Assembly (NCBI GenBank): GCA_963729855.1
Contig: CAVSPT010000004.1
Span: 165,206-229,205 of the forward strand
DNA: 64,000 nucleotides
DNA from: Candidatus Aminicenantes bacterium
Lineage (GTDB): Bacteria > Acidobacteriota > Aminicenantia > Aminicenantales > UBA4085
Direction of reading: 5' to 3'
The stretch's first letter is position 1. Every line of letters starts with the position of its first letter. The notes under the pieces are model-generated. The model was not told the origin of the DNA, ran no database searches, and saw only the letters and a program-made list of their open reading frames with translations. The position numbers and the translations under genes were made by a program. This document shows positions 18,203 to 26,050 of the stretch, piece after piece.

Positions 18203-19054
18203 TCAGGGGGAATGCTTGCGGATCCGGGCTTCGACGTCGCGGCGGAAATCGTCGATATGCCCGAGCACGAATTCGCGGATGTCCAGAGCGTCGTCCCGGA
18301 CGAGCGGGGTCAGATCCATGGCGAACCAGAGAGCCTCGGCCTGGTCTGTGGCGTGGGACTCGAAATAGGTGGCATTGGCCCGGCGGCGGCCCAGAGTGGC
18401 CAGGTCGTAGCGCTTTCCGCCGGCCACTTGGGAGTCGTAGACGCCGATCAAAGAGGCGGCGATGTTCTCGTGGCCGGAGACGTCCAGGGCCACCTTCCGG
18501 CCGTCCGGGAGCCAGTCCAGGTTCCGCCAGACCTCGCAGCCGTAGACGGCCCGCGGCCGCCGGTCGGCGGGCAAAGCGCGGATGGCCCGGACGGCGGTCA
18601 GGCCGACGGCCACGTGGGTCTCGTGCTTGTCGGCGGGGTTGTGCGTGTAGACGACCTGGGGACGGCATTCCGACAGGATGGCCGCGAGGTCCTCCCGAAG
18701 TCCCTGGTTGCGCGCGTCCTTGACGGCGGCGCTGAGGTGGTTCAACTGGACCATGGCCCCGTAATTGCCGACGAGGGCCGCCTTGTCCTGCTCACGGCGG
18801 CGCAGACGGGCCATTTCCTCGTCCGAAAAGGAGGCGTATTCGCCGCGGCGGGGGCTCCCGCTCCCGTTCGTGCAGGTGACGGCGCCGAACCAGAGGTCGG
18901 GCCGGTGAAAGCAGGTCAGAACGCCGTGGAAAGCCATGATCTCGCAGTCGTCCTGGTGGGCGCCGATGGCCAGGTGGGTGATCCGAGCCAGGGCCCCGTC
19001 CATGGGGGTCCCGTCGGGAATCATGACCGTTGCCGCGGGATTGCTCAATTTCAT
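18203..19054 (-). CDS. PIG-L/LmbE family N-acetyl deacetylase
   Basis: 'AHQDD' and 'THNPADKHETH' zinc motifs; adjacent to nagB. Confidence 0.85.
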   Translation of the reverse strand: MKLSNPAATVMIPDGTPMDGALARITHLAIGAHQDDCEIMAFHGVLTCFHRPDLWFGAVTCTNGSGSPRRGEYASFSDEEMARLRRREQDKAALVGNYGAMVQLNHLSAAVKDARNQGLREDLAAILSECRPQVVYTHNPADKHETHVAVGLTAVRAIRALPADRRPRAVYGCEVWRNLDWLPDGRKVALDVSGHENIAASLIGVYDSQVAGGKRYDLATLGRRRANATYFESHATDQAEALWFAMDLTPLVRDDALDIREFVLGHIDDFRRDVEARIRKHSP

Positions 19055-19137
19055 GGCCGTCTCCTTTCCCCAAGGGCCGCACCCGCCCTCGGCCGCCCGG
19101 CCGCGGCGCGCGCCCGTCCCTTCGGCGGCCGCCGCCC

Positions 19138-20616
19138 TTACAATTCCTTTATATAGATGTTGCGGAAGAACGGGGGCGACGTGCTGTCGTGGTTCTGCAG
19201 TCCGATGTATCCCTCCGGTGAGAGGTCCTTGACCTTGCCGCCGGGCACGGAATTCCAGTCCATGATCAGGACGCCATTCAGCTCGATCTTGAGATGCACG
19301 CCTTTAAACTCGATCTTGATGTGGTTCCATTCGCCGGCCGGCTTGGCAGGGAAAGCGGACGGCGCCTGGATGTCGTAGGCCGCACCGGTGGCGTGGATGC
19401 CTTCGCCGGCGTCATAGATCTGGACCTCGATGGAGTGATAGATGTAGTCGTCGCTCACCGGCACCTCGGGCACGCGGACGAAGATCCCGGAGTTCGTTTC
19501 CTTGGTTGAGCACAGATAGTCGCATTCGACGATGAAATCCTTGAATTTTTTTCCGTACCAGAGCAGGCCCATACCGCCCTGGCCCTTGAGGATGCCGGTC
19601 TTGAGATCGCATTCGAACCAGCCCGGCCCATAGTGGTTCCAGCCGTGCTTCTCGTAGCTCCCATCGGACCGAGAGAGGAGCTGTTGGTAATCCTGGTAAT
19701 AGGTGATGCTCTTGACGAACTCGATGCTCTTGCGGAAGGCCGGCACCGGGTCCTTGACCTGGGACTCGTTCTCATACTCCATGGCCAAGTAGCCGTCGTA
19801 ATCCTGGAGGGTCAGCTCGGCCAGCACGTCGCGGATGTTCCCTTTCCCCGCCCCCCAAGGCGTGTCGTCCGTGCCCTTGGCCGTTCCGTAGTCGCTGCGG
19901 TCCTTGAGATGGACGTCGAGGATGCGCCCGGTCAGGAGCTTCAGGGCCTCCCGCGGGTCATTCAGGCCCCGCATCCAATGGCCGATGTCGGCGCACGAGC
20001 CGATCCGGGGGTCCTTGCCGTCGACATGCCGGAAGACCGTCTCCGGCAGATTGTACTTGGCGGGCGCCGGGTGGTTATGGATGGCGATCCGGATGTCGTA
20101 TTCCTTGACCAGCTTCTCCAGTAGGGTGAAATCGTCGTCGGCCGGTTCGCAGACCACCGTCCGGATGCCCATCGTCCGGGCGAAGTCAAAGACCTTGCGC
20201 ATGCTCTCTTCGGTCGTTCCGATGTCGACGACGCCGATCCCGTACAGCGTCACGCCGGCGGCCCGGAGCCATTCCTTGACCTTGGCGATCTGCTCGTGCG
20301 TCATGCCGACGTTGAATTGGACGCCGGGGAATTCGGCCGAGAGGGCCTGCCCGGTGAAGGCTTCGAGGCCCGTGACGCCCAACTCTTTGAGCTTCGTCAA
20401 CATATCGGCGAAGGTGAAGGCGCGGAACGTCCAGGCCTCGGAGGCGATGGGGAACTTTTTGATTCGGACGCTCTGGTAATCCGTTTCGGCGACGGCTTTC
20501 TGCAGCTCCGGCGAAATGTGCCGGATCTGCGGGCCCGCCGCCTGGGCGGACACGAGCGGATGGAAGATCAGGATCAATGCAGCGAGCAGAATTCCCATGA
20601 GAACGTTCTTTTTCAT
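19138..20616 (-). CDS. Secreted sugar-phosphate-isomerase-like TIM barrel fused to DUF1080 (3-keto-disaccharide hydrolase-like)
   Basis: TIM barrel motifs 'AIHNH', 'DIGHW', 'VHLKD' and 'AMEYE'; C-terminal 'NSGIFVR', 'EVQIYD', 'GEWN' and 'GYIGLQNH'. Confidence 0.85.
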   Translation of the reverse strand: MKKNVLMGILLAALILIFHPLVSAQAAGPQIRHISPELQKAVAETDYQSVRIKKFPIASEAWTFRAFTFADMLTKLKELGVTGLEAFTGQALSAEFPGVQFNVGMTHEQIAKVKEWLRAAGVTLYGIGVVDIGTTEESMRKVFDFARTMGIRTVVCEPADDDFTLLEKLVKEYDIRIAIHNHPAPAKYNLPETVFRHVDGKDPRIGSCADIGHWMRGLNDPREALKLLTGRILDVHLKDRSDYGTAKGTDDTPWGAGKGNIRDVLAELTLQDYDGYLAMEYENESQVKDPVPAFRKSIEFVKSITYYQDYQQLLSRSDGSYEKHGWNHYGPGWFECDLKTGILKGQGGMGLLWYGKKFKDFIVECDYLCSTKETNSGIFVRVPEVPVSDDYIYHSIEVQIYDAGEGIHATGAAYDIQAPSAFPAKPAGEWNHIKIEFKGVHLKIELNGVLIMDWNSVPGGKVKDLSPEGYIGLQNHDSTSPPFFRNIYIKEL

Positions 20617-20712
20617 AATTTTCTCCTTGTTCGTTATTCCTTGGAATCAGGCAATGGATTTAATCGCATGACTCGAAAAGTTCGAAGGCAAAGCTCGAAA
20701 AGGGGCCGATTT

Positions 20713-20749
20713 AAAAAAGCGAGGGCTTGAGAAACATGCTTCTCCGCCC
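20713..20749 (-). terminator. Possible intrinsic terminator for the MFS/oxidoreductase transcript
   Basis: Minus strand has a GGGC/GCCC plus GAGAAG/TTTCTC hairpin followed, after 4 nt, by T6. Confidence 0.4.
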
Positions 20750-20765
20750 ATGCAGCTCTCCGAAG

Positions 20766-20989
20766 AGGGATCAACTGGAATGGCCGATGCGACCTTTGAG
20801 GGTTTAGCCGTTTCGAGTCGTTTTCGAGGGAAGCCGGATCGGAAGGAAGACGGCCGGCGAAGATGTTTGAGCGGCCCGGGCCACATCCGTAATATCGAGT
20901 ACGGGACGCGAGTTCTGAGCCGCCGAGAAAACGACGTGGAAACGGCGTGAAGAACCCGAAAGGGAGCGAGGCCATTCCGGTTGATCCCT
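20766..20989 (+). ncRNA. Structured ~220-nt element, copy A (candidate ncRNA or structured repeat)
   Basis: Closing stem AGGGATCAACTGGAATGGCC/GGCCATTCCGGTTGATCCCT with nested stems. Core 20798-20964 is colinear with 62949-63115 and shows compensatory changes. Confidence 0.65.
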
Positions 20990-22241
20990 ATTTCTTCTTC
21001 GGATTCCACTTCCCGCGGGCCACGGCCGGGACGAAGGCGTCCAGACCCTTGGGGGGGAAGGCGACGGTCTTGCCCAGCTCGGCGCTTTGGTAGGCGGCCA
21101 TAAGAAGCTCGGTCACGCCGACGCCGTCGCTGAAATTCTCTTCGGGCCGGACGCCCTTGAGAAACGATCGGACCATGTGGCGGTTCTCGGCGATATAGCC
21201 GTATTCCGCAGCCTCGTCGGCGACCACGGGCATGAGCCCGATCTCGGCGTTCTGCTTCTCGACGAGGTCCTCGCCGGCCCTGCCTTTGACTTCGCGGCTG
21301 AAAAAGACCTTCAAGCCGGCGTCGAGCGTGTTGATCTGGAGGGCGTACTCGGGGCCCAGCAGCTCCATGCTCAAGCGCAGGCCGGCGCCGACATAGCACC
21401 ATGAGGTGGTCGTCTCGACCACGATGATCTTGCCCCGGCGGTCCTTGTACTCGACGAGCGAGCGGGCGAAATCCTCGGCCGGGCGCTTGAGGTAGTCGGT
21501 CTTCCCGCCGCTGCGCCTGGAAAGAAGGGCGGCGTACTTCGGCTCCTGCCATTTGAGGCAGTTGGTGTAGGCCGTGACGCTGACCGGCGTCAGAACGCCG
21601 CGCGGCGCGCCCGGGGGGGTCAGCATGAAGCGGGCCTCCTCGACCGAATGGCACATCATGTCGTTTAACACGCCGCCGCCTTGGAGGGCCCCCTCCCAGA
21701 ACCAGGGCATGTGCGGGCCGCTGTGCTCCTCGGCGGCCCGGGCCAGGTAGGGCGGCCCGGCGATGGCCGCCCCGCGGGCCCAGACGATTTCCTTGCCGCG
21801 GGTCACGGCCGGGGAAAAAACCTGGTTTTCCAGGTAGCCGTCGAGCAAGCCGGCCTTCTGGGCCAGGGCCAGCATCTTCTTGGCCTCCCGGACGTTGCGG
21901 CCGAGCGGCTTCTCGCAGGTCACGCCGATGAGCTCGGCCCGGCCGGACGCGACGGCATGGGCGATCTCTTCCATGACTTCGGTCCGGGTATAGTTCGGGG
22001 CGCAGATCCAGAGGGCTCCGATGGCCGGATCGGCGGCCATGGCCGCGATCGATTTGTAGGGCTTGGCCTCGCCGCAGCCGAGCGAGCGGACCAGGGCGCA
22101 GGCCTCCTTGGCCCGCTTGGCGTCGGGGTCGAAGACGCCCAGGATGTCGGCATCGCGGACGCCGACCCAGGACTTGATATGGAAGCGGGCGATGAACCCG
22201 CCGCCGATGATGCCGACGCCGAGCGATTCGGGTTTGTGCAT
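20988..22241 (-). CDS. Gfo/Idh/MocA family NAD-dependent oxidoreductase
   Basis: 'GIIGGGFIA', 'CEKPL' and 'GGGVLNDMMCH'. A GAGGT RBS favours the ATG at 22241 (alternative 22286). Confidence 0.9.
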   Translation of the reverse strand: MHKPESLGVGIIGGGFIARFHIKSWVGVRDADILGVFDPDAKRAKEACALVRSLGCGEAKPYKSIAAMAADPAIGALWICAPNYTRTEVMEEIAHAVASGRAELIGVTCEKPLGRNVREAKKMLALAQKAGLLDGYLENQVFSPAVTRGKEIVWARGAAIAGPPYLARAAEEHSGPHMPWFWEGALQGGGVLNDMMCHSVEEARFMLTPPGAPRGVLTPVSVTAYTNCLKWQEPKYAALLSRRSGGKTDYLKRPAEDFARSLVEYKDRRGKIIVVETTTSWCYVGAGLRLSMELLGPEYALQINTLDAGLKVFFSREVKGRAGEDLVEKQNAEIGLMPVVADEAAEYGYIAENRHMVRSFLKGVRPEENFSDGVGVTELLMAAYQSAELGKTVAFPPKGLDAFVPAVARGKWNPKKK

Positions 22242-22278
22242 GATTGACCTCTTTGGATTGATCTGCGTTTTCCGGGGG

Positions 22279-23520
22279 CTAGGCATGGGAAACGGCGGCC
22301 GTTGTCTTCAGGCGGAAGAAAGCGATGAAAATCACCAGGCAGAGAAGCGTCAGGGCGGTCGGGACGAGGAATGTGCCCCTCCAGTTGATCGCTTTGACGG
22401 TGTGGCCGGCCGCATCCAGGCTTTCGACCGTGAAAAGCTTCTGGGTCCAGCCGCAGAAGAGACTTCCGACGAAATTGCCCAGGCCGAGGATGATGACGGC
22501 GATGAGGCTCTGGGCCGAGGCCCGGACGTCCTTGGGGGCCACGCTGTCCACGTAGATGTAGGCGGCCGTGAAAAAGAAGACATAACAGAATCCATGAAGG
22601 GCCAGGGAGGCGACAACCAGCCAGGAGGGCCCGCCGATGACGAAGATGATGTAACGGATGGGCCAAGCCAGGATGCCCAGGGTCATGGTCTTCCCCGTGC
22701 CGAACTTGCGCAGGGCCCACGACAGCATGAAAGCCATGACGAAGATTTCGGCGAACTGACCGATGGTCATGACGGCCGTCACGGATTTCTGGCTGACTCC
22801 GATGGCGGCCGAGGTGAGGAAGGGCGAGGTCAGCACGTAGTAGAACTGGAGCTCGGTGGCCACGACGAAGGAGATGATGGTGAAGACGAGAAAGTCGCGG
22901 TCCTTCAGCATCTTGAGCGCTTCGAGAAAAGCCCAGGGCTTGGCGCCTTCTTTCTTGGGGGGGGTGGGAGGCAGGCCGAACGAGAGGACTCCCATGATCA
23001 GGGAGAAGATCCCGGCCAAAATGAGCATGTCGCCCTTCATGGCGATGTCCTGCGGCGATTTGGCCAGCACCCGCCAGGCGGCCAGGGCCCATCCGGCGGC
23101 GATCCAGCCGATCGTTCCCCAGACCCGGATCTTGCCGAAATCCTTCTCCGAATCCTTGAGATTGATGAAGGCGATGGAATTGGTCAGGGCCAGGGTCGGC
23201 GCGTAGATCAGGCAGTAGAGGAGCATCAGCCACATCATGGTCGAAAAGGCCGTGACGCTGGCGATCAAGATGAGGATGACGCCTCCGACAAGCTGCAGGA
23301 CGGCGATGACCTTCTGGCTGGAAAAATAGCGGTCGGCGAACTGGCCTCCGATGAAGGGCGAGATGATCGTGGCCAGCGGAAGCAGACTGAAAATGAGCCC
23401 GAGCTCCCAGCCGCTGAAACCGAGGTTATTCTGGAGATAAGCCGATAAGGCGGTCGCCCAGGAACCCCAGATGGCATACTGGAGAAACATCATCATGCCG
23501 AGGCGGAATCTTGCGCTCAT
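22279..23520 (-). CDS. MFS transporter, nucleoside:H+ symporter (NupG/XapB) family
   Basis: 'MMFLQYAIWGSW', 'IRVWGTIGW', 'GQFAEI' and 'LHGFCY'; about 12 TM segments. Confidence 0.9.
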   Translation of the reverse strand: MSARFRLGMMMFLQYAIWGSWATALSAYLQNNLGFSGWELGLIFSLLPLATIISPFIGGQFADRYFSSQKVIAVLQLVGGVILILIASVTAFSTMMWLMLLYCLIYAPTLALTNSIAFINLKDSEKDFGKIRVWGTIGWIAAGWALAAWRVLAKSPQDIAMKGDMLILAGIFSLIMGVLSFGLPPTPPKKEGAKPWAFLEALKMLKDRDFLVFTIISFVVATELQFYYVLTSPFLTSAAIGVSQKSVTAVMTIGQFAEIFVMAFMLSWALRKFGTGKTMTLGILAWPIRYIIFVIGGPSWLVVASLALHGFCYVFFFTAAYIYVDSVAPKDVRASAQSLIAVIILGLGNFVGSLFCGWTQKLFTVESLDAAGHTVKAINWRGTFLVPTALTLLCLVIFIAFFRLKTTAAVSHA

Positions 23521-23653
23521 TCCTTCTGTCCTTTCTCCGGATGGCGGCGATTCGTCAAGAGGAAAGCCAGACCAAAATTATTAGAAACTCGCGGCTTTGT
23601 CAATTCACGGCCGATATGGTATAGAGGATTCCGGCAGAAAGGAGAGAGCGGAG

Positions 23654-25480
23654 ATGACCTTCCGTCGCGGCGTCCCGATGATCGCCTTCCTTGCCGCCCT
23701 TCTGGCCGCTTCGGCGGCCGGAGCCGGGGCGGCGGTCAAGGACTTCCATTTTCCCGATGTCCGGATTGAAATCGCCGTTTCGGCCGACGGGGCCTTCACC
23801 GTCGAGGAGTTCCGCACCTTCGATTTCCGCGGGCGTTTCACCTGGGCCGCGTTCTGGCTTCCGACGCGCGCCGAGGGGCCGGGCGGGCCGCGGGACCTGG
23901 TCGTGGACGACGTCGCGATCGCGGACGAAAACGGCGAGCCGTTGAGAGCGGCCATCAGCCGGTCTACGGGGCGCCTCGAGGCCAAGTGGTATTTTGAGGC
24001 CTCCAACGAGCGCCGGACTTTCCATTTCCATTATCGGGTCTCTCGGGGGATCGTCCGCTATCCCGACGTCTGCGAGCTCTACTGGAAGGCCATCGGGGCC
24101 GGCTGGGACAAGCGGACGGACGCGGCCACGGTGACCGTGCGCCTGCCCGCGCCCGCCGCGGACAGGAGCGGACTTCTCGTCTACGGACATGGGCCTCTCT
24201 CGGGCGTTTCCGAGATCCTGGACGCGCAGACGGTCCGCTTCCACGCCTCGGCCATTCCGCCCCGCCAATTCCTGGAAATCCGTTTTCTCTGGCCGCCGGG
24301 GCTCACGGACGGGGTCCCCTCCGGCGCCCGAACGCTGGAGACGATCCGGGCCGAGGAGGCGCGCTTTGTCCGCGAGACCATCGACGGGCAGCGGAAGGCG
24401 ATCGCGGAGGCCGATCGGCGCGCGGCCCGGATGCGGCGCTGGATCGTCCTTTGGCTGGCCGGTCTGGTCGTCATTCCGCTGGCCTGGCTGGCCTTTTTCA
24501 TCCCGGCCTGGCGCCGGGACGGCAAGGACTATCGCTTCGACGACATCTCCCCTTACGTCCATGAGCCGCCCTCGGATCTGCCTCCCGCCTTGATGGAATC
24601 GCTGCTGAAGGAAGGCGAAGCCCCGACGCCCCGTTCGTTCACGGCCACCATCTTCGACCTGGCCCGAAAAGGATTCATCGAGGTGGAGGACGTCCGGGTC
24701 GAGAAGCATGGATTATTCGGGCCGAAAGCTTCGGTCGACACGAACCTGACCTTGCGCCGGGATTATCGCGGCGACGGCGCTCTCCTGCCCTTTGAAAAAG
24801 CCGTCCTCGATTGCCTTTTCGATCTGGCCTGGCACGAGCCCGCTCCGGGCGCCCGGATCACTCTGGAAGAATTTAAAAAGCGTCTGAAGGGCCATCCGCA
24901 GGACTTTCAGACGTGGTTCCAATCCTGGACCAAGGCCGTCAAGGCCGAAGCCAAAGCCAGGGGTTTCATCGAACCCGCCAGCCTGCACCGGCGTAACGTC
25001 TTCCTGGCGGTCACCGTTCCCCTGGCCCTCCTGACCTTGAATGTGGTGCTGATCGTCCTGGCCGGCCTGCTCATCCCGACGATGAAGCGGCGGACCATGG
25101 CCTGGGCCCGGGAATACGAGATGTGGAAGGGACTGAAGAGATTCCTGGACGATTTTTCCGAATTCAAGGACCTTCCTCCCGAAGCGTACGAGCTTTGGGA
25201 GCGCTATCTGATCGCCGGAATGATTTTCGGCAACGCCAAGCGGATCCTGAAAACCCTGCCCATCGTCCTGCGGGACGAACGAGCGGCCTCGCCCGTTTGG
25301 TACGCGGGATCCGGCCGTTCCGCTTTCCTCCAGTCCGGCGGAATCGAATCCATGATCAGCCATATCGATGCGCTGTCCGCGTCGATCACCAGCGCCGCCC
25401 ATTATTCCTCGGGAGCGGGCGGCGGATTCAGCGGCGGGGGAGGGGGCGGCGCGGGGGGCGGAGGAGGCAGCGCGGGCTGA
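23654..25480 (+). CDS. DUF2207-like membrane protein
   Basis: Signal peptide, 'ELYWKAIG', 'ATIFDLARKG', 'LWERYL' and a Gly-rich C-terminus GGGFSGGGGGGAGGGG. Confidence 0.85.
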   Translation: MTFRRGVPMIAFLAALLAASAAGAGAAVKDFHFPDVRIEIAVSADGAFTVEEFRTFDFRGRFTWAAFWLPTRAEGPGGPRDLVVDDVAIADENGEPLRAAISRSTGRLEAKWYFEASNERRTFHFHYRVSRGIVRYPDVCELYWKAIGAGWDKRTDAATVTVRLPAPAADRSGLLVYGHGPLSGVSEILDAQTVRFHASAIPPRQFLEIRFLWPPGLTDGVPSGARTLETIRAEEARFVRETIDGQRKAIAEADRRAARMRRWIVLWLAGLVVIPLAWLAFFIPAWRRDGKDYRFDDISPYVHEPPSDLPPALMESLLKEGEAPTPRSFTATIFDLARKGFIEVEDVRVEKHGLFGPKASVDTNLTLRRDYRGDGALLPFEKAVLDCLFDLAWHEPAPGARITLEEFKKRLKGHPQDFQTWFQSWTKAVKAEAKARGFIEPASLHRRNVFLAVTVPLALLTLNVVLIVLAGLLIPTMKRRTMAWAREYEMWKGLKRFLDDFSEFKDLPPEAYELWERYLIAGMIFGNAKRILKTLPIVLRDERAASPVWYAGSGRSAFLQSGGIESMISHIDALSASITSAAHYSSGAGGGFSGGGGGGAGGGGGSAG

Positions 25481-25583
25481 CGGTTTGAACCGCGGCGCTT
25501 TCCCCGGCGGGCCATTGAACCATCGGGCCGCGCTTTCCGTATGATGGATTGTCGCCCGATGAACATCGCTCCTGGAGGAGACC

Positions 25584-25856
25584 ATGACCGACGAAAAAAA
25601 TGCCAACAAAACACGGTCCGAGGAATTCAAGATCAGCGGCAACGAAATTCTCAATAAGATCAAGGAGCTGATCCACGAAGGCAACATCCGCCGCATCATC
25701 CTCAAGGACGAGAACGGCAAGACCTTCCTGGAAATCCCCCTGACGGTGGGCCTGGTCGGCGCGGCCCTGGCCCCGATTCTGGCGGCCATCGGCGCCGCCG
25801 CCGCGCTGGTCACCAAGATGACCATCGTGGTCGAGAAGGTGGACGAGCCCAAATAG
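25584..25856 (+). CDS. DUF4342 family protein
   Basis: 'IKELIHEGNIRRI...LEIPLTVG...APILAAIGA'; GGAGGAG RBS. Confidence 0.85.
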   Translation: MTDEKNANKTRSEEFKISGNEILNKIKELIHEGNIRRIILKDENGKTFLEIPLTVGLVGAALAPILAAIGAAAALVTKMTIVVEKVDEPK

Positions 25857-26050
25857 CGCTCCGGCGTTTGCCCTCCGCCCTCCGGGCCTCCTCCCTTTTG
25901 CTCCCCTTGATTGCCGAATGACGGAAGAACAACGGAGAAGTCTTCCTCGCAGGATCAGGCCGAGGGCGGATCGGCGGCTTTGATTTCGTCTATCGAAACC
26001 GATACAATCGAGCGGCAGTGACGATCCGCCGTCCTGAGGAGGAGTTTGAC

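Noticed and set aside
17391-18668. 425-aa N-terminally extended NagB
   Set aside because: The extension overlaps the PIG-L gene in another frame. An AAAGGA RBS supports the start at 18173, and I see no frameshift signal.
20686-20762. GGCAAAGCTCGAAAAGGGGC..., superficially like a c-di-GMP-I riboswitch
   Set aside because: The GACGCAAAGC junction is not matched and the orientation is opposite to the downstream gene. A minus-strand terminator explains part of it.
20634-20975. Short ORFs (113 aa minus, 66 aa plus) across the structured element
   Set aside because: They show no protein motifs, and substitutions between the two copies follow base-pairing rather than codon positions.
20766-20989. 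Classical MITE, REP, tRNA, 6S or SRP identity for the two-copy element
   Set aside because: Termini differ between copies, no target-site duplication or transposase is visible, and I could not find the hallmark motifs of those RNAs. An Rfam search is still needed.
25416-25480. G-rich low-complexity tract (possible G-quadruplex or repeat)
   Set aside because: It encodes the normal Gly-rich tail of DUF2207 proteins.
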